In this document: in pieces, positions 16,388-25,936 of the stretch
Position numbering within the stretch: position 1 is the stretch's first letter
How the letters are laid out: every line of letters begins with the position of its first letter
IMG/VR virus record: IMGVR_UViG_3300031251_000007
Span: 23,782 to 87,781 of that record
DNA length: 64,000 nucleotides
From: a virus
Reading direction: 5' to 3' (one strand)
Translations under genes and position numbers: made by a program
Notes under the pieces: model-generated
The model's input: only the letters and a program-made list of their open reading frames with translations
Told to the model about the DNA's origin: nothing
Databases searched by the model: none

Positions 16388-16993
16388 TCAGCGGATGACG
16401 GCCTGCACAGCGGGCGCGCGCGGCCCGGCCGAGACGTTGGGTTCGCGCACCACGATGGCCGCCCCCGGTCCGCGGATCACGGCGCCCTTCAGGAGGTAGC
16501 CGCTGCCGGGTGTTGGCGTGATCGTCGCGGTCCCCGTCGCCGTGCGCGTGTCGGTGCGCGTCGGCGTTGCCGTGACAGTCCCTGTTGGTGTCGCGGTCCG
16601 GGTGGCCGTACTCGACGGCGTCGGCGTGAACGTGTCGGTGGCGCTCGGCGTTGGCGTTGCCGTCGGCGTCGCCGTGCGCGTCACGGTGGCTGTCCCGGTC
16701 GGCGTGTCGGTTGCAGTGAGCGTGCTGCTCGGCGTCAACGTCGCCGTGCGTGTGCTGGTGCGCGTCGGCGTGTCGGTCGGCGTGGCGGTCATGCTTGGCG
16801 TCAACGTCACCGTCGGCGTGTCGGTCGGCGTCGAGCCCGGCAGCGGCGTATCGGTCGCCGTCGGCGTCATGGTGGGGGTCGGCGGCGGACCGAACAGCGG
16901 CACGAGGCCGTGCGCCGGGCGCGGATACACCGCGGCGATCGCCGCCATCAGCAGCAGCGCCAGCAGTGCGATGATGTCCGGCCAGCGCCACAC
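16388..16993 (-). CDS. Secreted Pro/Thr-rich (PT-repeat) protein
   Basis: N-terminal hydrophobic signal and ~130 aa of TPTxT repeats. Confidence 0.7.
   Translation of the reverse strand: MWRWPDIIALLALLLMAAIAAVYPRPAHGLVPLFGPPPTPTMTPTATDTPLPGSTPTDTPTVTLTPSMTATPTDTPTRTSTRTATLTPSSTLTATDTPTGTATVTRTATPTATPTPSATDTFTPTPSSTATRTATPTGTVTATPTRTDTRTATGTATITPTPGSGYLLKGAVIRGPGAAIVVREPNVSAGPRAPAVQAVIR
16510..16885 (-). repeat. Coding Thr/Pro repeats (ACGCCGACC-like)
   Basis: Degenerate 6-nt-period repeats encoding TPTATxT. Confidence 0.8.
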
Positions 16994-17065
16994 TCAGAGG
17001 CCCCGCGCACCGACGATCGCAGGCGTTGCGGACGCATTTGCGGGTATGCTCTGATCTACCCACAC

Positions 17066-17464
17066 ATGGGGTCGTCTCGCCTGCCCGCGCTGGGGATTCT
17101 GCTTGTCGGTATCGTACTGATCGCCCGCGTAGCGGTGCGCCCCGGCGATGTCGACGCGCGTCTCGGGCACATCGCCGCCGAGCTGACCTGCGATCGAGAG
17201 CTGTCGGGCGGCAAGCGCATCCAGCTTGTCGGAACGCAGACGGCGGCGCTCAGCGGCCCCACCAATGAGCACACGTGCGGCGATCTGCGCGTGTCGCTCG
17301 ATCACGGATGCGGCGCCGACATCGCGATCCTGCTCAACGGCGAGCTGACCGCGCTCACGTGCCATGTCGCATCGGGCGCCACGGATGCGTGCCGGAGCGG
17401 TCGGATCGTGTTGCCCGACGGCATCCTGTCGTTGCGCGCGGTCGCCACAGACTGCCCGGCGTAG
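17066..17464 (+). CDS. Counter-oriented exported protein (moron-like)
   Basis: MGSSRLPALGILLVGIVLIA hydrophobic N-terminus and paired Cys. Fills the gap between two - strand genes. Confidence 0.55.
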   Translation: MGSSRLPALGILLVGIVLIARVAVRPGDVDARLGHIAAELTCDRELSGGKRIQLVGTQTAALSGPTNEHTCGDLRVSLDHGCGADIAILLNGELTALTCHVASGATDACRSGRIVLPDGILSLRAVATDCPA

Positions 17465-17478
17465 GGTTCGTGGGCAGC

Positions 17479-20052
17479 TCATAGGTTCCCGCACGACGCG
17501 TAGGTGTCGCTGGTGCCCGTCAGGCAGTGGGTCATGAGATCGGCAAGCACCTGATTGCCCGTCGTCTGCATCGGGTTCGGGCAGCCCTGGCTACTACTGA
17601 ACAAGCCGTAGGTCGGGTCGACCGAGAGATGTAGCGCGTCGCGCTCACAGCATGCGACGCGATGATTGTCGCAGCGGTTCTGCATCGCGCCGTCTGGGTC
17701 GATGGTCATCCAGCTGCGGCGCGCCGCCTCATGCTCCCAGTAGCCGCGGCTCGCCCGCAGATCGTCGCGGACGTTGGTGAACCGACACGTGAAGGTCGCC
17801 GTATCTGCCGCGTTGGTCTCCCACGTGCGCCACGGCAGGATGGCGATGAACTTCGTGCCGTGCGCCACGCCGTACGCGTCCATCGCGTCGAGGATCTTGC
17901 CGAGATAGTCCTGAAAAGTTGATTCGGTGGTGCGCTGCGCGCAGAGCCCTTGTGGGCAACCGTTCGCATTTTTCGCCGCCGGGACGCAGATGGTCGCGCC
18001 GGCACCGGTCAAGTTGCATTGCGCCGTGCCGCCCGCGATCGGCGTTCCGCATGCCGTCGCCGGATTGGCGCCGAGCCCGCAGAAGACGCCGAAGAAGCCG
18101 GGATTGTTGCAGTAGGACGTGAAGCTGGCGAGGTCGACGGCGCCGGCCGGAATCGAGCAGGTCGAGCCCTGGATCGTGTCAGGCGTCGGCGTCGCGGGTC
18201 CGCCCGGTGTCGGCGTCGGCGCTCCCGGCGTCGGTGTAGCCGGCGCAAAACAGTATCCATCGGTCGGCGCACTGGGCGCGGTGCCGTAGTCGTTCGCGCC
18301 GTCCCACAGAAAAAAGACATAGTCGCAGATCGCGCCGGTGGTGCCCTTGTAAACCTGCTGTTTCCAGCAGGTCGGATTGCCGCCCGCGAGCGCGCTGTTC
18401 ACGCACGAGGCCGAGCCCGGCCAGAGCATGCCGAGCTTCGTGCCCTCGTTGCCGTAGTCGTAGATGTTGTCGGCGCCGTCGAGCTGCGCGGCGAGCGCCG
18501 TATACAGTGCCTGATCGTTCACCAGGCTCGTGCCGAACACGCACACGGTGTTCTTGGTGTCGCCGGTGGGGTCGGTCATCACCACGGTGGCCGGCGTCGG
18601 CGTCGGCCGGGTGACTTCCACCTCCGCCCAGGCGTCTGTGACACGCACACGAAAGCCGGAGCTGTTGGTCGACTGTGCGTCGAGCGCGAAATCCAGCGCG
18701 TTGATGTCGGTCAGGTTCCACGACGCGCTGCTCCAGTCAGAAGAGAACAGCGATGTCGGAGAACTCCAGTAACTCGTGCCATATCCGTTCGGGTCGAACG
18801 TCGAAGCGTAGCGCGTGGTGGTTCCGTTGCTGACACCGAAGCGGATCGGCTTGGAATTGCCATTAGCCGCCGTCTCGCGCAGGGAGGCGTTGAACCCCAC
18901 CATCGCGTCCGGGCGGATTGATTCGCCGGTTCCGAGCGTCACATCTTGTAGCTGGAACAGATCAAGGTCGGTGCCCTGGATCTGCACATAGTTCGTCTCG
19001 TTGGTGTGGCCGCTCGTGCCGCTGATCGTGTCCTGCACGCATTGGTAGTCATTCGCCGGCGAGGTCCCGGTGCAGCCCTGGTTGTCGGAGGCGCCGTCTC
19101 CGCCGCTGGGCGAGCCGTTGGGGTGCAGATCCGCGAGCCGGAAAAATAGCCCAGTGTTGACGCTGCCTTCGTGCGCCAGGTTGTCGATCGAGTAGTCGAT
19201 CGCGCCGGTGTTCGTATCGGTCACGCCCCAGCGAATCTCGCTCGTGTTACCGAGTGTCGTGACCGAGCACGTGCCCGCTGCGTCGCCTTCGGTGGTCTGC
19301 GAGCAATCTGTCGACTTCGCGCACGCCTCGCCGGGATGGAGCCCGCCCGTGCACACACCCTGCGCGCGTGTCTGGTTGCCTTGCAGCTTGCCGTTGACGA
19401 GCAGCCCGCACTGCACGTTGCCGGGATCGGTCAACGTGGTGTCGGTGGTAACCGCGACCTCGGAGCACGTGCCGACCTGCAAGACGGTCGAGCTTTGCGC
19501 AAAGTTGGCGGGCGCGCACGACGCGGCGCCCGGATTCACCTCACGACACACGGTGGTATCGGTGCAGTTGGTGCCGTTATCCAACGAGCCGACGCACTCC
19601 AAGCCCGTGTCGTGAAAATAGACGCGCAGACGCACGCCGGGGCTCTCGGCTTCCGCCATGAGGAAGCACTGCTTGGACGAGGTGGTCGCCGAGTAGAACG
19701 ACACGACCTCGCGGTTGGTGCCGGTCGCCGGCGCTGCGCGCAGGCAGAACTCAAGATGCACCGTGCCGTCGGCTGTCGCGGTGACCGACGTCACCACATA
19801 TTCGGTGCCACCGCTGGCTGGATTGATTCGGAGGCTGAAGTCGTCGCCGCTGTCGAGCCCACTGAGCCCGGTATTGGCCTCGATCGTGGGCGAGCCGACT
19901 ACGCTGGAGAACGCTTTCGACATGGTCGACAACGTCCACGGCGTCGCGCCGCTATCGCCGCCGCCCTCGAAACCCTCCAGCACGTCACGAGCGGCGAAGC
20001 TGGTCGAAGCAACCAGCACGAGGGCGGCAGCGGCAATCAGTTCGCGCTGCAT
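17479..20052 (-). CDS. Large secreted Cys-rich protein with C-terminal SGNH/GDSL-like hydrolase domain
   Basis: Signal peptide. SGNH blocks VFGTSL, GNEG, GANDY and DALH. Cys modules and PT linkers. Confidence 0.7.
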   Translation of the reverse strand: MQRELIAAAALVLVASTSFAARDVLEGFEGGGDSGATPWTLSTMSKAFSSVVGSPTIEANTGLSGLDSGDDFSLRINPASGGTEYVVTSVTATADGTVHLEFCLRAAPATGTNREVVSFYSATTSSKQCFLMAEAESPGVRLRVYFHDTGLECVGSLDNGTNCTDTTVCREVNPGAASCAPANFAQSSTVLQVGTCSEVAVTTDTTLTDPGNVQCGLLVNGKLQGNQTRAQGVCTGGLHPGEACAKSTDCSQTTEGDAAGTCSVTTLGNTSEIRWGVTDTNTGAIDYSIDNLAHEGSVNTGLFFRLADLHPNGSPSGGDGASDNQGCTGTSPANDYQCVQDTISGTSGHTNETNYVQIQGTDLDLFQLQDVTLGTGESIRPDAMVGFNASLRETAANGNSKPIRFGVSNGTTTRYASTFDPNGYGTSYWSSPTSLFSSDWSSASWNLTDINALDFALDAQSTNSSGFRVRVTDAWAEVEVTRPTPTPATVVMTDPTGDTKNTVCVFGTSLVNDQALYTALAAQLDGADNIYDYGNEGTKLGMLWPGSASCVNSALAGGNPTCWKQQVYKGTTGAICDYVFFLWDGANDYGTAPSAPTDGYCFAPATPTPGAPTPTPGGPATPTPDTIQGSTCSIPAGAVDLASFTSYCNNPGFFGVFCGLGANPATACGTPIAGGTAQCNLTGAGATICVPAAKNANGCPQGLCAQRTTESTFQDYLGKILDAMDAYGVAHGTKFIAILPWRTWETNAADTATFTCRFTNVRDDLRASRGYWEHEAARRSWMTIDPDGAMQNRCDNHRVACCERDALHLSVDPTYGLFSSSQGCPNPMQTTGNQVLADLMTHCLTGTSDTYASCGNL

Positions 20053-21533
20053 AGGAACGTGCCGTAGGGATACAGCGCGGTGGTGTTGTCAGTGCACGTC
20101 CCGCTGCACACCGCGTAGAAATGCACGCGGTCGCCTTGCGTGAACGTGTTCGTGGTGGTGTCGGTACAGGTGCCCGCAGCCGCGGTGACTGCACAGCTCG
20201 CGAGGGAAGTGGCACTTTCGTTCTTGGTGTAGCCAATGGTGATTGTGGCGCCGGTGGGCCACGTCCCGAAGGCATTGACCCTCGCCGAGAACGTGCCGGT
20301 GGTGCAGCTCTCCGGCAAGATGTCGAATTCGTAGACGGTCAGTAGCGCGTTCGAAGTGTTGTCCTTGATGTACTTCCGGGACGAAAGGGTCGACGCTGTC
20401 ACCTGAGCGACGCCGCGCATAGCGAACGAGAGCCTCGCTGAGACATTGGCCTTGGTCGCAACGTCGGCGCTGTTGGAGTAGCTGCCGGCGTAGCGACACG
20501 ACGTTGACGAGGTGTTGCCGCAGTCGATGACGCTGGTCACCACCAGCTTCGTCATCGTCTGCAGATTTGCGCCGAAGCTGTTCGCTTCGTCCTCATAGGC
20601 GATCGCTGTCGGGAGATCCGCCTTATCGATCGCCCCGTCCTGCGTGATCTGCGAGCCGGGTGCGACGTTGATCTTCGACGGGTCACTCGAATCGACCGAC
20701 ACGTCGAACAACGAGCTGAAGTTCAGGGTGAAGCCAGAGCCGATGAGTGTGCTGTTGTTCTCGACGCGCATCGGCGTCCGATCGACCGTCCACACGCCGG
20801 CCTCGCTGTAGAACATGCGCATCGACTGGCCGGCGGCGATATAGACCGGGCTGCCGGGTGTGTTCAGCACGTTGGTCACATCGGCAAATTTCACCCGCCC
20901 GGCCGATGCTTTGACGTTGAAGATCGTAACGACCTGGCCGGCGCGCGCGCTCGTCTCCTGCATCGTGCCGTCACAGCCGCCGCTGGTGTCGCTGCACGTG
21001 ATCTCGACGTAGGACTTCGACGGATCGAGGTTGAACGTCGCGGCTGAGCTGTTGCCCGAGTCGGCGACGCTGACGGCCTGCGTGTCGAGGTCGAGCACCT
21101 TCAGATCGGCGCGGCCGGTCGAGGCGTCGGAGATGCGCAGCACGCCGGCGGCGTCGCGCGCCAGGCCGACGTCGCTCCACGGCACCTGCTGGCTGTTGCC
21201 GAGCGCGCCGCTCATCAGCGCCCAGTTCTGCACGCGGGTCCAGCCCGACGCGTTGCAGCTCGAGCCGGGGCACGAGTACATCACCCCGAGATCGTCGATG
21301 ATGACCTCGCCGTTCAGGCCGTCGGTCTGCGCGGTCGGTGTGTCGGCGCGACGTAGCTGCAGCGTCGGCGAGTTGGCGGCGCGACTGGTGCCGCTCGACG
21401 AATCGCCGGGGTCGATCTTGATGACGTCGACGGCGCCGTTCTTCAGGCTGACCGAGCCAGACGCGCCCGGCTGCAGAGCGAGCGACGGCGCCGCGAGCAG
21501 CAGCGCGCCAAATGCCAGAAGTACCCGGCGCAT
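20037..21533 (-). CDS. Secreted fibre-like beta-rich protein
   Basis: Signal peptide MRRVLLAFGALLLAAPSLA. DVGLARDAAGVLRI fibre-like motif. Confidence 0.7.
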   Translation of the reverse strand: MRRVLLAFGALLLAAPSLALQPGASGSVSLKNGAVDVIKIDPGDSSSGTSRAANSPTLQLRRADTPTAQTDGLNGEVIIDDLGVMYSCPGSSCNASGWTRVQNWALMSGALGNSQQVPWSDVGLARDAAGVLRISDASTGRADLKVLDLDTQAVSVADSGNSSAATFNLDPSKSYVEITCSDTSGGCDGTMQETSARAGQVVTIFNVKASAGRVKFADVTNVLNTPGSPVYIAAGQSMRMFYSEAGVWTVDRTPMRVENNSTLIGSGFTLNFSSLFDVSVDSSDPSKINVAPGSQITQDGAIDKADLPTAIAYEDEANSFGANLQTMTKLVVTSVIDCGNTSSTSCRYAGSYSNSADVATKANVSARLSFAMRGVAQVTASTLSSRKYIKDNTSNALLTVYEFDILPESCTTGTFSARVNAFGTWPTGATITIGYTKNESATSLASCAVTAAAGTCTDTTTNTFTQGDRVHFYAVCSGTCTDNTTALYPYGTFLCSAN

Positions 21534-22405
21534 CACGACAGCCTTTCGAGGCTCCAGGTGACGTACTGACTGTTTGAGAGCGTGGCAGGTGTGGCGATTT
21601 TCAACGTGGCACATTGTCCCGCCGTCGTGGTGGTGACGTGCGTGGAGTCGCTGCAACTCGCCGCCGACGCACCGCCCGTGATGGAGCAGGTCGTCGTCGC
21701 GTCAGACATGGTGCCGTTGCAGGTTCCCGTGCGCAGCGTGCAGCTGACCGTGTTGCTAGCGCCCGCGGCCGTCGTCTCCATGCAGCGCAGGTTGCTGAAA
21801 GTGCCTGCGCCGACCGGGATCTCGGCGCGCGCCTCGGTCGTATCGGCTGTTCCGCCACCAGAGTAGACCGTTTGGTTGGTAGTCAGGTCTGTGACCGACG
21901 TGCCCCAGAGGATCGGCTGCGGGATCGCCGAGCACGTGCAGGTCGTTCCGCCACAGGTTAGCCGCTCATTGCTTGCGCAGGTCGGCTGCGTGGCGCCCAA
22001 GCCGCCGCGGCTACCGGCGAGCGTTGCCTCGCTCGACAGGTTGCCGCTGCCGTCGTTGATGACGACGTGGTTTGCGGTGCCAGCGGCAATCTTGCTTCGC
22101 GCAATCGCCGCGGCCGCATCGATCATCGCGTTGACGACGGGCGCGAACGCCGGCGCACCAGATACGAAGGCGAACACCGTGTTCGCGCTGCCGGCCGAGG
22201 TGCATGTCATCGCCGAGCTGCCCTGTCCGTACGGCACGCCGTTGGTCGCACACGACGTCAGCGCCGGCGGTCCGGTGACCGAGATCGTGCCGTTCTGCAT
22301 GCTGATGTTCGTGCCGCCGACCAGCGCCCAAGCTATGCCCGCCAGAAGCCACACGCTGACGAGCGCCACCGCACCGACAAAGAACCGTTCGCGAATCCGC
22401 TTCAT
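21533..22405 (-). CDS. Secreted fibre-like protein
   Basis: Signal peptide ending AGIAWA. Fibre motifs (AAIARSKIAAGTANHVVINDGSG, RGGLG). Confidence 0.7.
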   Translation of the reverse strand: MKRIRERFFVGAVALVSVWLLAGIAWALVGGTNISMQNGTISVTGPPALTSCATNGVPYGQGSSAMTCTSAGSANTVFAFVSGAPAFAPVVNAMIDAAAAIARSKIAAGTANHVVINDGSGNLSSEATLAGSRGGLGATQPTCASNERLTCGGTTCTCSAIPQPILWGTSVTDLTTNQTVYSGGGTADTTEARAEIPVGAGTFSNLRCMETTAAGASNTVSCTLRTGTCNGTMSDATTTCSITGGASAASCSDSTHVTTTTAGQCATLKIATPATLSNSQYVTWSLERLS

Positions 22406-22415
22406 CTTCCACCCC

Positions 22416-22880
22416 TCAAAATGCTGCGACATGAGCGTGCGGCGCGCTGGCGGCCGCTCCTGCCGAATACGTAGCTTTCCAGACGGCACAGTTGCCGTCG
22501 GGAACTGTGATCGAGTGCGTGAGATCATCGGCGGTCGTGCTGGTGCCGCTGACCGTGACCACCAGCGTGCTATCGGCGAGGGCCGTGCCGCAGGTGCCTG
22601 TCTGCGCGGTGAGCGTCACCGTCTCGCCGGCGCCAGGTGCGGTCGGTAGCGTCACGCGCGCGCGCCGAAGCACCGTTGCGTTGAGTCGCTGCGCAACTTT
22701 CGATTGCGTCGTGCTTAGGTCGGCACCGTCGATCGACAGATAGACCGTCGAGCCCGGCGTGATGTCGGTGACCGGCGTACTGCTGAACGCGTGCGGTCGC
22801 ACCACCGCCGGCGACCCCGGCAGCTGCGCTGCGGCGCTCGAAGCGGCCAGCAGCGCGGCGAAGATGAGGCCGGCCCGCAT
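22416..22880 (-). CDS. Secreted beta-sandwich protein
   Basis: Signal peptide MRAGLIFAALLAASSAAA. C-domain similar to that of 21533-22405. Confidence 0.7.
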   Translation of the reverse strand: MRAGLIFAALLAASSAAAQLPGSPAVVRPHAFSSTPVTDITPGSTVYLSIDGADLSTTQSKVAQRLNATVLRRARVTLPTAPGAGETVTLTAQTGTCGTALADSTLVVTVSGTSTTADDLTHSITVPDGNCAVWKATYSAGAAASAPHAHVAAF

Positions 22881-23434
22881 CACGGCGTGATGACCTCCAA
22901 CTGCTGGCCGCTGGTACACAGAAACTCGATCGTGCCGCAGTCGTCATCGGCCGCCGGTGCGATCGTAAAGTCGTAGGTGCCGGGCTCTAGGCGCCGACTG
23001 TTCGATGTCGTCACACCCGGGTAGCCGACGTGCGCGATGTCGTTGCCGAGCGGGTTGGTGATGCGCAGCTGTACGCACGGGCGCCAGCCGCTGCCGAGCG
23101 TAACGGCAGTGCCGGTACCGGCGCAGTTGATGCGGCCGTTCTTCCGCACAGCGCTGCTCGGAAGGCGGCTGACGATGTCTTGTGCCGGCGCCTGTGCGCA
23201 GCGCCCGACGACCGCGCTCCCGGGACAATCGGAGTCGAGGTTGCAGCCGGCGTCGTTGGCGTCGCCGGCATTACAGCGATTGCGGACGTCGAGCCCGACG
23301 ACGGTGCCAGTGCTGTCCTCGTACGGATTGATGACGCCGAACTGCGCGCGCGCCATACCGCCGAGTAAGAGCACAGCACCGAACGCAGCGGCCCGCGCCA
23401 CCGCGCCACCCATCCACCGCCACGTTCGGTGCAT
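22880..23434 (-). CDS. Secreted Cys-module protein
   Basis: SD GAGGAG. Signal peptide ending GMARA. CNAG...CNLDSDCPG...C. Confidence 0.7.
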   Translation of the reverse strand: MHRTWRWMGGAVARAAAFGAVLLLGGMARAQFGVINPYEDSTGTVVGLDVRNRCNAGDANDAGCNLDSDCPGSAVVGRCAQAPAQDIVSRLPSSAVRKNGRINCAGTGTAVTLGSGWRPCVQLRITNPLGNDIAHVGYPGVTTSNSRRLEPGTYDFTIAPAADDDCGTIEFLCTSGQQLEVITP

Positions 23435-23465
23435 CCGCTCCTCCTCCACCCAACCGTTGAGGTGC

Positions 23466-23837
23466 TTAGCTCTGCGCGGCCGACTGATCGGCCGGCGGCG
23501 CGCTCGGCACCGGGTTCTCCGGGTCGGCGCCGATGGCGCGCAGCGCGTCCAGGTGCGCGTTGATCTCCGTCTGGATCTGCGCCGCCTGCTCGTCGGTGAG
23601 GCCGCCGGCTTGCTGCTGCGCAACGAGGGCGGCCAGCTTGTCGGCGATGCGCGTGGTCTCGCTGTCGACCGCGCTCAGCGCGCTCTGAATGTCATCGAAT
23701 CGGGGCATGAGTTCCTCCTTCGTGGCGATCCGCGCCACACGGGCATTGGTGCGCAGCGTGGCGCACAAGTTGACGACGCCGAGCGCGGCCAGTCCGCAGA
23801 CCGCCGCGCCGGCGCCAATGAGAAGAGCCGTCGTCAC
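23466..23837 (-). CDS. Membrane-anchored coiled-coil protein
   Basis: N-terminal TM, then an amphipathic helical region. Alternative start at 23709. Confidence 0.6.
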   Translation of the reverse strand: MTTALLIGAGAAVCGLAALGVVNLCATLRTNARVARIATKEELMPRFDDIQSALSAVDSETTRIADKLAALVAQQQAGGLTDEQAAQIQTEINAHLDALRAIGADPENPVPSAPPADQSAAQS

Positions 23838-23841
23838 GGCG

Positions 23842-24174
23842 TTAGGAATTCGGACCCGGATCGACGACCTGCTCGATGTTCCACTGCACCGCCGCGATCG
23901 GGTTGAAGTTGATCAGCGGCAGGTACGTCTGCGCGGCGATCGACGAGAGCGGCGTCAGCACGTTGGCCACCGCCTTCAGGTCGTTCAGCGCATCCGCCAG
24001 ATTCACCTTCGAGCTGACCGGCACGACCAGCGGGGCCGGCGGCGTCTTGCCGGCCGGCACGCCGAAGACGATCCGCACCGACACGTTCCAGTGCGACGTC
24101 TGGGCCTGCGCCTGCGGGGCGCCGAGGGCGGCGAGGCCGACCAAGGCGCAGATGAACAGGAACTTGCGAAGCAT
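23842..24174 (-). CDS. Secreted protein
   Basis: SD AAGGAG. Signal peptide MLRKFLFICALVGLAALGAPQAQA. Confidence 0.7.
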   Translation of the reverse strand: MLRKFLFICALVGLAALGAPQAQAQTSHWNVSVRIVFGVPAGKTPPAPLVVPVSSKVNLADALNDLKAVANVLTPLSSIAAQTYLPLINFNPIAAVQWNIEQVVDPGPNS

Positions 24175-24391
24175 GTGCGACTCCTTCTGCCGCCTCAGGG
24201 GCGGCGGTTTCGGTTTCCCAGCCCAGGTACCCGCGCCCCGGCTTGAGGCGCGGCGTCCGTGGGACGTTGGCGGCGAGTAGAAACGCGTCCGGCAGTGCCC
24301 AGCCGAGCGCGACGTAGGCGCGGCGCACCTCGGCCTGGAGCTCGGCCGCGATGTGCAGCCGAAAGGCAGCGACCTGACGCGACTTGGCCAT

Positions 24392-24742
24392 TTAGGCGCA
24401 CGCGCATCCCTCCGGGGTCGGCGCCCAGTACGGGCCGCTGGCGCGCTTGCCCGGTGCGCAGACCCGCGGACAGGCGCAGATGTGCGGCTCACAGGTGGGC
24501 GCCGAAGCGAAGCAGCCAGCCGGCACCTGTGGACAGGCGGCGGCGCGCGCCGTGACGGCCGAGGCGATCGCCGTCTGCCAGGCGCTCGACGGCGTCGGCT
24601 CGGCGGCCGGCGCCAGCTGCACCAACGCGGCGCGCTGTGCCGCGAACCCCGACGAGACCGGCGTCGGGCTACAGGCAGCGATGCACAGCGCGATCAGGAC
24701 CGCGCCGAGTAGCGTCTTGCCTTGTTCCTCTGCGACACCCAT
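24392..24742 (-). CDS. Cys-rich lipoprotein
   Basis: SD GGAGG. LGAVLIALCIAA-C lipobox and a Cys-rich tail. Confidence 0.6.
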   Translation of the reverse strand: MGVAEEQGKTLLGAVLIALCIAACSPTPVSSGFAAQRAALVQLAPAAEPTPSSAWQTAIASAVTARAAACPQVPAGCFASAPTCEPHICACPRVCAPGKRASGPYWAPTPEGCACA

Positions 24743-25051
24743 GCACCAACCTCCACGGCGGTGAAGCCGTGCGTGATTGCAGGGGCGTCGGGCGGGGCGG
24801 GCACGCGGTGGAACGCGCGGGCACCCCAGACGGGCCTGTATGTTCTTAGCGGCGCTCTACCACATTGCCGCGGGCTTGAGAATTCTCCTCGCTGAGTAGG
24901 TCCATAATCGCCCGCAAGCGCTGGTTGTACTCGCGAAAGTCGCGGGCGCGGTGCGCCTCACGGGCGGCGCGCGCATGCCGACGTACGTTGACGTCGAAGG
25001 GGTCGGGCGCCGGCGTGCTGCCAGCCCCCGACCGGATGTGGGGAGTTCGAT

Positions 25052-25321
25052 TCACGCGACCCTGAATATTGGATAGACGACAGGAACTTCCGCGCCGGCG
25101 GCCATTGGATCGAAGGAGTCATGCGCGAAGACGAGCCGAAATACGTCCTCGGCACCGACGTAGCCTGATCGGACAAGCTCTGCAGTCTCCGGGATCACCA
25201 CCGGCTCAGTGGGGGCCGAACCTGGCGCGCCGCGCCGTATCAGCGACGCAACGACTTCAGGCGCCACATGGACTTCTCGAAAGCGACCTTCCGCAATTGC
25301 CTTGAGCTGCTTCTCCACCAC
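25052..25321 (-). CDS. Hypothetical protein
   Basis: SD GGAGG. C-terminal FRLVFAHDSFDPM..GAEVP resembles a recurring phage motif. Confidence 0.55.
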   Translation of the reverse strand: MVEKQLKAIAEGRFREVHVAPEVVASLIRRGAPGSAPTEPVVIPETAELVRSGYVGAEDVFRLVFAHDSFDPMAAGAEVPVVYPIFRVA

Positions 25322-25350
25322 ACACCTCCGCCAGTTGACCGCCGGGCGCC

Positions 25351-25905
25351 TTACGCGGCGTCTTCCGCCTCGAAGCCCGCCTGCGCCGCCGCATCGGTGA
25401 ACAGCGGCGTCAGGATCATCAGCGCCAATGTAGAGAGCTTCTTCGCGGGAATCAGCTTGTAGCCAAAACGCTGCACCTTGACCTCGACTTCCTGCTTCAT
25501 GAAGTCGTCGAAGCCCTGCCGGCGCTGCTCCTCCGCGTTGATCGCCGCCATGTGCGTCTCGCGCAGCTCGGCGAACTTCTGATCGAACTCGGCCTCGCGT
25601 GCCTTCTCCATGACGTACCGGCTGCCGCCCTCGGGCAGCGCCAGCACCTTCGCCTCGCCGCCCTCGCCCTTCTCGGCATACTCCTGCGCAAGCGCGCTGC
25701 GCGCCTGCTCAAACGCCAGGAACGCCTTGCCGGGCTTCTGCGCCTCGCGCACCGCATCGACCTCGCTGCGCAGGCTGTCGCGTGAGAGCTTCAGCGCATA
25801 GGCGAGCTTGTAATCGGGGCCGTCCATCGCGCCGGCGACGTGATCGATGGTGCCGGCGAGCTCCAGCACGTCGCGGCGCTGCATCTTGATCGTATCGAGG
25901 GCCAT
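25351..25905 (-). CDS. Helical protein after the tail fibre (possible chaperone)
   Basis: SD AAGGAG. KLAYAL...LRSEV..V motif (DUF1617-like by position and pattern). Confidence 0.6.
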   Translation of the reverse strand: MALDTIKMQRRDVLELAGTIDHVAGAMDGPDYKLAYALKLSRDSLRSEVDAVREAQKPGKAFLAFEQARSALAQEYAEKGEGGEAKVLALPEGGSRYVMEKAREAEFDQKFAELRETHMAAINAEEQRRQGFDDFMKQEVEVKVQRFGYKLIPAKKLSTLALMILTPLFTDAAAQAGFEAEDAA

Positions 25906-25936
25906 CGGGGGTCTCCTTCTGCGTTGGGGGTTGGGG

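Noticed and set aside
16510-16885. Non-coding tandem repeat or array
   Set aside because: Explained by in-frame Thr/Pro codons of a secreted protein.
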